Origin: a virus
IMG/VR virus record: IMGVR_UViG_3300030419_006105
Coordinates: 32,001 to 96,000 of that record
Strand: one strand, 5' to 3'
DNA length: 64,000 nt
Part shown: positions 20,066 through 30,623 of the stretch, in pieces
How the letters are laid out: every line of letters starts with the position of its first letter
Position numbering within the stretch: the first letter of the stretch is position 1
Translations under genes and position numbers: made by a program
Notes under the pieces: generated by a model
Told to the model about the DNA's origin: nothing
The model's database searches: none
Seen by the model: the letters and a program-made list of their open reading frames with translations, nothing else

Positions 20066-21111
20066 TGTCATCTGACATCCATAAAATTGGTTTTTTTACT
20101 GATTTACATTTAGGCCAGCATCAAAATAGTGAAAAATGGCATGATGTAGCGTATAAATGGGCAAAATGGTATACTAAAGAGCTAAAAAGTAAAAAAATCA
20201 GTAAAATAATTTTTGGAGGGGATTTATTTCATTATAGAGACGAAATAAATGTTAAAACTTTATTTTTTGCAAATAAATTATTAGATTTATTTAATGATTT
20301 TGAAATATTAATGATTCCAGGTAATCATGATGCATATTATAAAGATAATTCAACAGTTCATTCATTATCAATTTTAAGTAATAGACACAATATAACTATT
20401 TTTGATAAACCTCATGTCGAAAATATATGTGGAAAACAAGTAGGATTTTGCCCATGGGGTACAGAGCCAAAAGATATACCCGAGAATTGCGATTTAATAG
20501 TCGGTCATTTTGAGTTACAAAACTTTAGCTTTAATTCTTTTAAGGTTTGTGAATCTGGAATGACATCAGATGATGTTTTAGCTAGATCTAACCTAATATT
20601 TTCAGGTCATTTTCATAAAAGACAGCATCGAAAGTATGATAACGGAGAAATTATATTTGCTGGTAATCCATTTGAAATGGACTTTAATGATATTAATGAT
20701 CAAAAGGGTTATTATATATTAGATTTTAAATCTGACGATATAAAATATAAATTTTATAAAAATGAAGTTTCTCCAGTTCATATAAAGGTAACATTATCAA
20801 ATTTAGAAAAACTTAAAGAAATAGCATCTAAAAAAGGGTGGTCAAACTTAGCAGTAAAGATTGTAATTGATAAAGATATAAAATCTAATTTATTAGATAA
20901 AATTATCTCATCGATAAATTTTGAAGCTCCTTTTTCATTGACTACTGATTATTTAAATCAATTTAGTATAGGAGATAAATTAAACATAACTAATGAGTTC
21001 GGTGACTTGAATGTCAAACAATGTATTATAGAATACATAGAGTCTTTAGATATTGACAACAAAACAGAAGTAATAAGACGAACTGTACAGTTATATAATA
21101 ATTTTTCATGA
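20065..21111 (+). CDS. gp47: Recombination endonuclease subunit (Mre11/SbcD-like)
   Basis: TDLHLG, GGDLFH, PGNHD, GHFE, SGHFH metallophosphoesterase motifs. Confidence 0.92.
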   Translation: MSSDIHKIGFFTDLHLGQHQNSEKWHDVAYKWAKWYTKELKSKKISKIIFGGDLFHYRDEINVKTLFFANKLLDLFNDFEILMIPGNHDAYYKDNSTVHSLSILSNRHNITIFDKPHVENICGKQVGFCPWGTEPKDIPENCDLIVGHFELQNFSFNSFKVCESGMTSDDVLARSNLIFSGHFHKRQHRKYDNGEIIFAGNPFEMDFNDINDQKGYYILDFKSDDIKYKFYKNEVSPVHIKVTLSNLEKLKEIASKKGWSNLAVKIVIDKDIKSNLLDKIISSINFEAPFSLTTDYLNQFSIGDKLNITNEFGDLNVKQCIIEYIESLDIDNKTEVIRRTVQLYNNFS

Positions 21112-22934
21112 AGTATGTAGATTTTAACTCGGTGAAAATCCGTAATTTTCTTTCTATTGGATCAAAGCCGGTGGAAATTGACTTTAGATACGGTTTAAAC
21201 ATTATTACTGGTGTTAATAAGGATAAAGAAGATAGAAGAAACGGGGTTGGTAAGTCGACAGTAGCTGATGCCATACATTTTGCTATTTTTGGAGAGACTA
21301 TTCGTGAACTATCAAAAGATTTTATTGTAAATTCTATTAATAAGAAAAATACATACGTAGAATTAAATTTTTCTATAAATGAAAATAATAAAATACAAAA
21401 CTACAAAATAGTTCGCAAACTTAAACCTACAAAATGTTATCTATATGTTAATGATGTAGATTTAACAGAGAGTACTATACCTAACACAAATAAAAAGATA
21501 AAAAATCTATTAAATAGCTCTCCTGAGGTATTTCAAAACTGTGTTATTATGTCTCTTAATACAACCTTACCATTTATGGCACAGCGTAAGGTAGAAAAGA
21601 GAAAATTTATAGAAGGTATACTTAATTTAGAAATATTTTCTGAAATGTTACTATCAGCTCGTGCTGAATACAACGAAGTACAAAAAAAGTACGAACATAT
21701 TACTAAGGATTATGATCACGCAAATAATATATGTAAATTATTAAATGATCAAAAGGAAAATATAGTTAAGACTGTAAAAGAGCAAAGAAAGAAAATATTA
21801 TCTCGCATTGATATTATTAACACAGAAATAGAAGAGAATAAATCTAAAATACAAAATATTAATAAAGAATTATTTGAAAAAAGTAAAAGTAAATTTAAAG
21901 TTATAACTGAGAAAATTACTGACATATCAACCCAACTTTCTAATGTAAAAACTAAAATTACAAGACATGAAACTGAAATAGATTTTCATACTAAAAAGCT
22001 TGATGCTATTGGTACATCAAAAGATGTATGTCCTACATGTTTACATCAAATTACAAGTAATGATAGAGATCATATTAAAAATGAAAAAAATATTATAGAG
22101 AAAGATATTAAAAACTGTAAAGAGGATATAGAAAGTTTAAATAAACAAATTACTAATATAAGAGAATTAAAACAAAATAATTTAAACGCACAAAAACAAA
22201 TTAATGAATATATTTCTAATATTAAAGCTGTAAACAATAATAATAAATTAGCAAAAACATATATTGTAAATTTAAATAAAGACTTAGAAAAAAATAATAA
22301 AGAACTTAAAGAATTACAAGATAGAGAGACAAGTTTAGAGATAAAAGAACTAGATAATAAAATTAATATTAATCTTAAAGAAGTACAACAATTAGAAAAA
22401 GATTCTACTAGTATTCACAATGACTTATCTATGTTAGAAGTTGTAAAATATATTTTATCAGAAGAGGGAGTTAAGTCATTTATTGTTAAAAAGATATTAG
22501 ATGTTCTTAATAACAGATTATTGTACTATTTACAGAAAATGGATGCAAATTGTGTTTGTAGATTTAACGAATACTTTGAAGAAGAAATTGTAAACGAAAA
22601 AGGAGAGAGTTGTTCTTACTTTAATTTTTCTGGTGCTGAAAGAAAGAATATTGACTTAGCTATATTATTTACATTTATGGATATTAGAAGACTTCAAGGA
22701 GACATTGCATATAATTTAGTTATGTTTGATGAATTGCTTGATAGTTCTTTAGATGAAAAAGGTGTTGAATTAGTTCTTAATATAATAAAAGAAAGAGTAG
22801 AGACATATAATGAGAGTATTTATATTATTTCTCATAGAAAGGAATCAGTAAAAGCTGCCACTGGTGATGTAGTAGTACTAGAAAAGAAAAACGGTATAAC
22901 TACAAGAGTTGACTTTACTAATAAATCTGAATAA
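21108..22934 (+). CDS. gp46: Recombination ATPase subunit (Rad50/SbcC-like)
   Basis: NFLSIG, NGVGKST, CPTC hook, FSGAE signature, FDELLDSSLD, ISH. Confidence 0.93.
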   Translation: MKYVDFNSVKIRNFLSIGSKPVEIDFRYGLNIITGVNKDKEDRRNGVGKSTVADAIHFAIFGETIRELSKDFIVNSINKKNTYVELNFSINENNKIQNYKIVRKLKPTKCYLYVNDVDLTESTIPNTNKKIKNLLNSSPEVFQNCVIMSLNTTLPFMAQRKVEKRKFIEGILNLEIFSEMLLSARAEYNEVQKKYEHITKDYDHANNICKLLNDQKENIVKTVKEQRKKILSRIDIINTEIEENKSKIQNINKELFEKSKSKFKVITEKITDISTQLSNVKTKITRHETEIDFHTKKLDAIGTSKDVCPTCLHQITSNDRDHIKNEKNIIEKDIKNCKEDIESLNKQITNIRELKQNNLNAQKQINEYISNIKAVNNNNKLAKTYIVNLNKDLEKNNKELKELQDRETSLEIKELDNKININLKEVQQLEKDSTSIHNDLSMLEVVKYILSEEGVKSFIVKKILDVLNNRLLYYLQKMDANCVCRFNEYFEEEIVNEKGESCSYFNFSGAERKNIDLAILFTFMDIRRLQGDIAYNLVMFDELLDSSLDEKGVELVLNIIKERVETYNESIYIISHRKESVKAATGDVVVLEKKNGITTRVDFTNKSE

Positions 22935-22943
22935 ATCTATATA

Positions 22944-24191
22944 ATGCTTACCCCTTTTCGACAAGCTCATGTACCATTTAGCAACGTTACTCCTAACAAT
23001 CCGTTAATGGCAGGAGTAGTTCAACCACAAGCATTAGGTCACCGACCACAAAAAAAAATTACTGCTGATGCTCACACACATTCTGCCCCAGATTTACCTC
23101 GAGGTATAAACTTTTATGCTGACTATTCAGGTTGTGGTCATTGGAGAATGATATGGCCAGAATTATTACTCAACTGTTACGGTAAAGCTAACGTACAAGG
23201 TGGTACAGTAATGATTGGTGATAAAAATTTTTATAAAGATATAAAGACCATACGTATACAGAGACAGGCGACTAATTCTCAATTAAGTTATATTAAATGG
23301 CTTAAAACTATACAAGCAGAAATGAAATTTAAAATCGTTTATGAAATTGACGATTTAATTTTTAGTGAAGATATACCGCAGTATAATAAATTTAGATTTG
23401 CATTTGAAGACTCAAGCATTAGAAAAACTAGCATGGAAATCATGCAGATTTGTGACGAAATTACAGTTACAAATCAATTCATGAAAGATTACTATATAGA
23501 AAAAACCGGGAACAAAAATGTAACTGTTATTCCTAATTTTATTCCAAGATTTTGGATGGATAGATATTTTGACTCTAATAGTATAAGAGAAAATTATCAA
23601 AAATTTAAAGGTAAGCCTCGTGTTGTATATTGTGGTAGTGGAGCTCATTTTGACGTTGAAAATAAAATTGGACAAAAGGATGATTTTTTTCATGTTAATG
23701 ATATTATTCGTCAAACCGTAAATGATTTTCAATGGGTTTTTGTAGGTGGTTTTCCTTTAACTTTACGAGATTTAATACAGCAAAAAAAGATTGAATACCA
23801 TGAATGGTCTAATTTAGTCGATTATCCTGCTTATATTAGTAAGCTAAAACCAACAGTTTTTTACGCTCCACTGGAAGATAGTAATTTTAATAGAGCTAAA
23901 AGTGATTTAAAATTTATTGAAGCTTGTGCATTTGGTATTCCAAGTATTTGTCAGGATTTATGTACATATGAAACTGCATTTCATAAGTTTAAGACTGGAG
24001 ATGATTTAATTAATAAAATTAAATTAATTACCGGAGATACAAAAAAATATTATAAAGAAGTTAAAAGAGCTAGAGATTATATGAATAAAAGATGGATGGA
24101 AGATAATATTGACCATTACACTGAACTTTATTCCCTTCCATATGCAGATCCAAACCGAAAATTACTCAATCTCCAAAACGGAATTAGTTGA
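22944..24191 (+). CDS. GT-B glycosyltransferase located between gp46 and DNA polymerase
   Basis: SGCGHWR, YEIDD, VIPNFIP, APLEDSNFNRAKSDLKFIEA. Confidence 0.75.
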   Translation: MLTPFRQAHVPFSNVTPNNPLMAGVVQPQALGHRPQKKITADAHTHSAPDLPRGINFYADYSGCGHWRMIWPELLLNCYGKANVQGGTVMIGDKNFYKDIKTIRIQRQATNSQLSYIKWLKTIQAEMKFKIVYEIDDLIFSEDIPQYNKFRFAFEDSSIRKTSMEIMQICDEITVTNQFMKDYYIEKTGNKNVTVIPNFIPRFWMDRYFDSNSIRENYQKFKGKPRVVYCGSGAHFDVENKIGQKDDFFHVNDIIRQTVNDFQWVFVGGFPLTLRDLIQQKKIEYHEWSNLVDYPAYISKLKPTVFYAPLEDSNFNRAKSDLKFIEACAFGIPSICQDLCTYETAFHKFKTGDDLINKIKLITGDTKKYYKEVKRARDYMNKRWMEDNIDHYTELYSLPYADPNRKLLNLQNGIS

Positions 24192-24216
24192 TTTATTTTT
24201 AAATTTTTCGTATACT
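24188..24216 (+). promoter_or_regulatory. sigma70-like promoter for DNA polymerase
   Basis: TTGATT-N17-TATACT, 7 nt before GTG 24224. Confidence 0.65.
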
Positions 24217-24223
24217 TAATAAA

Positions 24224-26881
24224 GTGTATAGAAATTTAGCCTACATACCTAATCAACGAGTCATGAGACTCTACACATGGGATGAGGATGGAGTACGAAT
24301 AGAAACTGATTGTCCATATCAACCATATTTTTATTATGAAACAAACTCAAATAGATATGACGGAGTGTCGTTATATGGTACTAAATTAAGAAAAGTCTTC
24401 GCTAATAGTAATTTAGATCGCCGTAAAAAAATTGAAGATTTAAATGATCATAAAATTTATGAAAACATTACCCCGTATCAGCAATTTTTAGTAGATAGGT
24501 TTTGGGAAGTAAATGAAACTGACGATTTTAGTAAATTTCCTTTAAAGGTTTGGTTTTTTGATATTGAGACATATTCCCCTGACGAGTTTCCGAAACCAGA
24601 AGAAGCTAGTCATATGATAAATGTTATCACCATATATGACACTGTAAAGAAAACATATTATACATGGGGAATTAATCCATATACTCCGAAGACAGATGAT
24701 GTAGTTTATTTTCATTGCAACAATGAAGTCGATTTGTTGCAACGATTTTTAGATTTTTATTGTGAAGATAGACCAGATATATTATCCGGGTGGAATAGTG
24801 AAATATTTGATGTTCCGTATGTAATAAATCGAGTTAGAAATCTCTTAGGAGAAGATGCAACAAGACTGTTTTCACCAGTTCATGACGAAATAATGAAACC
24901 AATTTACCAGAGAGTGTACAAAGGTAATTTTGGTAAAACTACTACAAAATACGTTGTAGAAGGTATATCTATGCTTGATTATCTTGACGTGTATAAAACC
25001 TTCAGCATGGGTATGAGAGACAGTTATAAGCTAGATAACATAGCCCATATAGAACTAGGAGAGAACAAGGTAGATATAGGAGAAACTAACCTCGCATCCC
25101 TATCTATACAAGATTGGGACAAATTTGTTGATTATAATATTCATGACGTAAGACTACTAGTACGATTGGAAGCAAAGCTAATGTATATGGATTTAGCTAG
25201 AATGTTATCATATATTGGATTAACACCGTTTAACGCTGCTTTAGGTACAATTAGTACTGTTAATGGTAGGGCTATAGTTGAAGCCCGAAAGCAAGATCCT
25301 CCAAGGGTTATACCAACTTTTATAAAAGGAGACGATAGAACCGAAAAATATGAAGGTGCATATGTCGGTGAACCAAAACGTGGTTTTCAAGATAATATTA
25401 TCTCTTTTGATGCTAATTCTCTATACCCTAGTGTGATGGTAACTTTAAATTTAAGCCCAGAAACGAAAGTAGGAAGCATTGTTGGAACAGATAATGACAA
25501 GGTTTATGTAAAGACTGTAAATAACAAGGATATTGAAATGTCTTATAGTGATTTCAATAAATGGTGTACAAAAAATGAAATTGTAATTACTCGCGCAAAA
25601 AAATTATTCTCACAAAAAACCAAAGGAATCTTTCCTAGAATTACAGATCATTTTTATGCAATACGTTCTGGTAAAAAACAAGAATGGAACGAAGCTCGTG
25701 AAGAATTACATCAATTATCTGTGAAAATAGAGAACGAAACAGATGAGAAAAAATTAGACATCTTAAGAGAAAAATCAAAAGCTACACAGTTTAAGATTGA
25801 CCAACTTTGGATTTGGCAATTTACACTAAAAATTCTTATTAACCGAATTTATGGTTATTTTGGTAATAAAATATCACAAATGGGTGATGGTGATATTGCA
25901 AGATCAATTACTTTAACTGGCAGAGATGTAATTAAACAAAGTAATATTATTCTAAGAAATTATATTAAAAAGGTAACTGATTTAACTGACAAAGACTTAG
26001 ATAAAAATGATCCAATTATTTATAATGACACAGATAGTTCATATTGTACAATTACACCTATTTTGAATCATATGGGTATACCCTTACATATTGATAATAA
26101 AATTGATGATAGAGTATATAAAATAGTACAAGATATAGAAGATGATTTAAATGTTAATATTGAAAAATGGGCCAGGGAAACTCTATTAACTAAAGACCCA
26201 CGGTTTGTATTTAAACGAGAGTCTATTTGTGATAAAGGAATATTTTTACAGAAAAAAAGATATGTACTTCATAAATTAGATGACGAAGGAGTTGTATGTA
26301 ATAAATTCAAATATACAGGTGTTGAAGTAGTGAGAACTACAATGCCTAATGCAATAAAACCATATGTGAAGAAAATTATTGAGCATATGATTATGACTAA
26401 AAACCAAAATAGTACTAATGAATTATTTGAAGAAACATATGAAATTTTTAAGTCTCTTCCTATTAGGGATATTGCATTTGTAATGGGTGTTAAAGAGTAT
26501 GAGAAATATAGTATATATGCTAAAAACTGGGAAGTTAAAAAGGGAACACCTATACATGTTAAATCATCTATATACTATAACAAACTATTAGAGCATTATG
26601 GTATATCTCAAAAATACGAAGCTATTGGTTCAGGAGACAAAATACGATACTTTTATACAGTAACTCCAAATAAATTTGGTTTAAACTCTCTTGGATTTAA
26701 ATATGATTTTCCAGAGGAGTTTGAACAAGACTTTAAAATAGACTATGAAAAGATGTTTGATAAGATTGTTTATAGTGTTATTGATAGATTTTATGAAAAT
26801 GTAAATTGGAAATCTTTTAAACCCGGTCAAGCAGTAAACATGGACCTATTTGATTTCTTTAAAACAGAAGTTGCAAATTAA
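24224..26881 (+). CDS. gp43: Family B DNA polymerase
   Basis: FDIET, GWNSEIFD, YNIHD exonuclease motifs; FDANSLYP, KILINRIYG, YNDTDS, KKRY. Confidence 0.96.
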   Translation: MYRNLAYIPNQRVMRLYTWDEDGVRIETDCPYQPYFYYETNSNRYDGVSLYGTKLRKVFANSNLDRRKKIEDLNDHKIYENITPYQQFLVDRFWEVNETDDFSKFPLKVWFFDIETYSPDEFPKPEEASHMINVITIYDTVKKTYYTWGINPYTPKTDDVVYFHCNNEVDLLQRFLDFYCEDRPDILSGWNSEIFDVPYVINRVRNLLGEDATRLFSPVHDEIMKPIYQRVYKGNFGKTTTKYVVEGISMLDYLDVYKTFSMGMRDSYKLDNIAHIELGENKVDIGETNLASLSIQDWDKFVDYNIHDVRLLVRLEAKLMYMDLARMLSYIGLTPFNAALGTISTVNGRAIVEARKQDPPRVIPTFIKGDDRTEKYEGAYVGEPKRGFQDNIISFDANSLYPSVMVTLNLSPETKVGSIVGTDNDKVYVKTVNNKDIEMSYSDFNKWCTKNEIVITRAKKLFSQKTKGIFPRITDHFYAIRSGKKQEWNEAREELHQLSVKIENETDEKKLDILREKSKATQFKIDQLWIWQFTLKILINRIYGYFGNKISQMGDGDIARSITLTGRDVIKQSNIILRNYIKKVTDLTDKDLDKNDPIIYNDTDSSYCTITPILNHMGIPLHIDNKIDDRVYKIVQDIEDDLNVNIEKWARETLLTKDPRFVFKRESICDKGIFLQKKRYVLHKLDDEGVVCNKFKYTGVEVVRTTMPNAIKPYVKKIIEHMIMTKNQNSTNELFEETYEIFKSLPIRDIAFVMGVKEYEKYSIYAKNWEVKKGTPIHVKSSIYYNKLLEHYGISQKYEAIGSGDKIRYFYTVTPNKFGLNSLGFKYDFPEEFEQDFKIDYEKMFDKIVYSVIDRFYENVNWKSFKPGQAVNMDLFDFFKTEVAN

Positions 26882-26898
26882 TTTTCACAGCGTATAAT
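26871..26898 (+). promoter_or_regulatory. sigma70-like promoter
   Basis: TTGCAA-N16-TATAAT, 6 nt before ATG 26905. Confidence 0.65.
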
Positions 26899-26904
26899 AC
26901 TTAC

Positions 26905-27258
26905 ATGGACATTATCACATACATTGATAGTATAGGTAGAACTTGCTTTGGAGAGTTAGAAGAACGAACAGACGAGTTCATTAAAGTAAAGGCACCAGCC
27001 ATGATTATGGTAACTCCTAACGATGCCGCAAATATGAAGGTTGATGTTATGCCACTATTTTTTACAGAATTTTCTAATGGTGTACAACCCATTTTTATTT
27101 ATAAAAATTCACAATTTGTAGAAGTTACTATAGATATTTCTGAAAAGATTTTACAGCATTATCATGCTAAAATTAATACGAATGGTGAACCGAATCCTGA
27201 ACCAGTTGCTGAAGCTTTAGAGGAAGAAGTACCTGAGGTAACACTATTTGAAGATTAA
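26905..27258 (+). CDS. Hypothetical protein with acidic C-terminus
   Basis: 117 aa ORF with own promoter. Confidence 0.7.
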   Translation: MDIITYIDSIGRTCFGELEERTDEFIKVKAPAMIMVTPNDAANMKVDVMPLFFTEFSNGVQPIFIYKNSQFVEVTIDISEKILQHYHAKINTNGEPNPEPVAEALEEEVPEVTLFED

Positions 27259-27259
27259 T

Positions 27260-28348
27260 ATGGCTTCTCTCGCTGATAAAGCGTTCGCTAAATTACAAAA
27301 ATTAAATCAGAACGCAACTACATTAGAAAATAATACTCTAAGTAATGTAACCGAATGGATTGATACTGGATGTTTAGTACTTAATTCAATAGTATCAGGT
27401 TCGATTTATGGTGGTGTACCTAAGGGTAGAATTACCATTTTTGCTGGAGATTCTGGTTGCGGTAAAACATTTATTTTAAATAAAATATTAGCGAACGCTC
27501 AGCAAAAGGGAATGATTCCAATCATATTTGATACGGAGGTTGCTGTAGAAAATGAAGGTGCAGAAAATGTTGGATTAGATACATCAAACGTAAAGTACGT
27601 ACCAGTTGATACAGTAGAAAATTGTCGTAATCAAATTATGACCTTTTTAGATGAAGTTGAAAAAGAACCAGAACTACATGGTAAGTTTATTATTTCAATT
27701 GACTCTTTAGGTAATTTAGCGTCATCAAAAGAAATTCATGATGCTGAATCTAATAAAGGCGCCATGGATATGGGGCTAAGAGCTAAACAGCTTAAATCCA
27801 TGATGCGTATGGTTACGTTTAAAGCAGCTGTTACTGGTACAACTGTAATTTGTAGTAATCATACTTATGCTGATCCTGGTGCACTCCATCCTACCTTAGT
27901 TAAGTCCCAGGCTGGTGGCTCTGGTCCCATATACATGGCGTCTATATTAGTACAAATGGCAGCGAAAAAAGAACGAACTGATACAGGTAATGATAGTGAT
28001 GAAGCTTTAACCGAGAGTAGAAATTACTCTGGTGTTACTCTTCGTATGTTAACAGTAAAAAATAGATTTATACCTGCATTCCTTCAAGGTGAAGCATACT
28101 TAAACTTTAAAACTGGTTTAGAAAAATACTCAGGTCTAAAAGACGTTGCTGTAGCTCACGGCATTATTCAGCAAAACGGTTCTACATATAGTATGGGAGA
28201 TAAAAAATTAGGTTATTATAAAAATTGGCGCAACGATGATGAGACGTGGAATAATATATTACCTAAGTTAGAATCTTCTATAAGTGAGAAGTACCGATAT
28301 GGTAAATCACTTAATGAAGTAGCTATATTAGAACAAGACGATGAGTAA
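27260..28348 (+). CDS. uvsX: RecA-like recombinase
   Basis: IDTG, GGVPKGRI, GDSGCGKT, FDTE, IDSLGNL, NHTY, KNRF; ATG 27260 preferred over TTG 27248. Confidence 0.93.
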   Translation: MASLADKAFAKLQKLNQNATTLENNTLSNVTEWIDTGCLVLNSIVSGSIYGGVPKGRITIFAGDSGCGKTFILNKILANAQQKGMIPIIFDTEVAVENEGAENVGLDTSNVKYVPVDTVENCRNQIMTFLDEVEKEPELHGKFIISIDSLGNLASSKEIHDAESNKGAMDMGLRAKQLKSMMRMVTFKAAVTGTTVICSNHTYADPGALHPTLVKSQAGGSGPIYMASILVQMAAKKERTDTGNDSDEALTESRNYSGVTLRMLTVKNRFIPAFLQGEAYLNFKTGLEKYSGLKDVAVAHGIIQQNGSTYSMGDKKLGYYKNWRNDDETWNNILPKLESSISEKYRYGKSLNEVAILEQDDE

Positions 28349-29036
28349 AGCAGTAGTTCCTATTTCGGGTGGTTTAGATAGTTCAATAATTCTAAGCTTA
28401 GCATCTCAAAAGCATGATGAAGTTTATGCATTAACTTATGACTATGGTCAAAAGCATAGAAAAGAAATCATAGCTGCTAGTAGTCAAATAAATGAATATG
28501 ATAATATAGAAGATCATGTAACTATAGATATTAGATTCTTTAGAGATATTGCTTCAACTTCTTCTCTTACTAATAATAATATTAAAGTGGCACATGCGAG
28601 GGATGTGTTAGGAGACGCTCAAACAGTAAATTATGTTCCATTTAGAAATATGATGATGCTATCAATTGCATGCTCATATGCAGAGTCAGTAGAAGCAGAT
28701 GTCGTATATCATGGATCAGCTCTAGTAGATAGTCAAGCTGGTTATTGGGACGGTAGTGCAGAATTTTTAGAACAAATTAATAACGTAACAGCGTTAAACC
28801 GTAAAAATAGAATACGGATAGAAGCACCATTAATTACATTATCTAAACAAGAAATTGTAAAGTTAGGTATCGATAATAATATAAATTTTGAAGACACATG
28901 GACATGTTATGAAGGGAAAGATAAAGCATGTGGTTATTGTACGGCATGTAGTTCTCGAATACAAGGCTTTTTGCAAAATAATATTAAAGACCCAATAGAA
29001 TATGAACGCGACGATATCCCCTGGAAAGGAACTTGA
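28341..29036 (+). CDS. queC: 7-cyano-7-deazaguanine (preQ0) synthase
   Basis: SGGLDS, DYGQKH, YVPFRN, TWTCY...CGYCTAC Zn site. Confidence 0.93.
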   Translation: MSKAVVPISGGLDSSIILSLASQKHDEVYALTYDYGQKHRKEIIAASSQINEYDNIEDHVTIDIRFFRDIASTSSLTNNNIKVAHARDVLGDAQTVNYVPFRNMMMLSIACSYAESVEADVVYHGSALVDSQAGYWDGSAEFLEQINNVTALNRKNRIRIEAPLITLSKQEIVKLGIDNNINFEDTWTCYEGKDKACGYCTACSSRIQGFLQNNIKDPIEYERDDIPWKGT

Positions 29037-29955
29037 GTATAGTGATGTACTGTTAGTACCTAAGTACAGTATATTACAGTCTCGTAAAGACGCAAATACT
29101 ACTCTATATGTAGGTAAGTTTAAATTTAATTTACCAGTTGTTCCTGCAAATATGGAGACTGTAATAAGTTTAGAACTTGCCAAAAAATTAGATGAGTTAG
29201 GTTATTTTTATATTATGCACCGATTTGAAGATGTAGTAAGATCGTGCGAATATATGAATAGAAATAAGTTTAAATGTATTAGTTTAAGTATTGGTGTTAA
29301 TTCACAATCTTATGAACAAATAGATAAAATTTTAGACAAAAAATTACGAGTAGATATTTTTACAATTGATGTAGCACATGGACATCATGTTAAAGTACAA
29401 AACATGATTCACTACATAAAAAATAAATTACCGAGTTGTGTTATTATAGCTGGTAATGTAGGGACATATGAAGGTTTTAAATATCTTGAAAAAGCAGGTG
29501 CAGATATTGTAAAAGTAGGAATTGGTTCTGGAGTAATATGTACAACTAGATTTAAAACAGGTTTTGGTACACCTATGTTTTCAACCATAACAAAAATAGC
29601 ACAATCAGATAATACTGCTAAAATTATGGCAGATGGTGGTTGTAAACATTTTGGTGATATTGCTAAAGCGTTTGTGGCAGGTGCTGATATGGTTATGGCA
29701 GGTTCTTTTTTTGCATCATGTATTGATTCACCAGCAAAGTTAGTTAACGGTATTAAACAATATTACGGTAGTACATCTTATAATCAAAAACAAGATAGGT
29801 TAAATTTTGTTGAAGGTAGAGAAGTTGAGTTAAACCTAGCACCAGAATATGAAATTAGATTAAAAGAAATACAAAGCGCTTTACAAAGCTCTCTTTCTTA
29901 TGCTGGTGGTTATGATTTAACTTGCCTTAAACAAGTAAAGTATATAACATTATAA
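29002..29955 (+). CDS. guaC: GMP reductase (IMPDH/GMPR family)
   Basis: YSDVLLVP, PANM, DVAHGH, AGNV, GIGSGVICTTR, ADGG, GDIAKA, YYGS, VEG; no CBS domains. Confidence 0.85.
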   Translation: MNATISPGKELEYSDVLLVPKYSILQSRKDANTTLYVGKFKFNLPVVPANMETVISLELAKKLDELGYFYIMHRFEDVVRSCEYMNRNKFKCISLSIGVNSQSYEQIDKILDKKLRVDIFTIDVAHGHHVKVQNMIHYIKNKLPSCVIIAGNVGTYEGFKYLEKAGADIVKVGIGSGVICTTRFKTGFGTPMFSTITKIAQSDNTAKIMADGGCKHFGDIAKAFVAGADMVMAGSFFASCIDSPAKLVNGIKQYYGSTSYNQKQDRLNFVEGREVELNLAPEYEIRLKEIQSALQSSLSYAGGYDLTCLKQVKYITL

Positions 29956-29957
29956 TT

Positions 29958-30623
29958 ATGTGTGGAATATTTGGATCAAACAATATAGAAACGTTTAGAG
30001 AGCTGTATATTAAAAACACAGAACGTGGTAATTTTGTACGCAGTATAACAAAATTATTCCCTGCAGGAACTAGAAATAATATACGAGTAGAAACTAATTA
30101 CGAGCAAGATTTAGGTAAACATATACATGAAAATCCGTTTTGCATGTATTACTTAGGTCACTTACAATCACCAACATCTAAAGTAAGAGATTTTAATAAA
30201 ACAACTAGCCATCCGTTTAATTTAAATAATCAATATCTTGCTCATAATGGAGTATTAGAAAATGATAGAGATTTAATTGAAGAATATAACCTAGAAGGAT
30301 ATAATGATGTGGATAGTAGTGTAATATTACCGTTAATAGAAAAGATTGGATTTGAAGACGCAATATCTTCTTTACAAGGAACGTTTAGTTGTTGGTATTA
30401 TAATAGTAACACTGGGAGTTTACGGATATTTAGATCTGGTTCTACATTATTTTCTAACGGTGGAGATTTTAGTTCAATACAACCAGAAACTGACCACGAA
30501 AGAGTCAATAGCTTAGGATATAAATATATAAACGAAGGGTCTATATTAGAATATAACTTTACTTCTAACACTTTTAAGGAGGTTAATCAGTTTGAACTTA
30601 ATAAGACTCCGTTCTTTTTATGA
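29958..30623 (+). CDS. Class II (Ntn) glutamine amidotransferase, Gat-QueC-like partner
   Basis: MCGIFG N-terminal Cys, GH, SHPF, AHNG, VDS. Confidence 0.85.
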   Translation: MCGIFGSNNIETFRELYIKNTERGNFVRSITKLFPAGTRNNIRVETNYEQDLGKHIHENPFCMYYLGHLQSPTSKVRDFNKTTSHPFNLNNQYLAHNGVLENDRDLIEEYNLEGYNDVDSSVILPLIEKIGFEDAISSLQGTFSCWYYNSNTGSLRIFRSGSTLFSNGGDFSSIQPETDHERVNSLGYKYINEGSILEYNFTSNTFKEVNQFELNKTPFFL

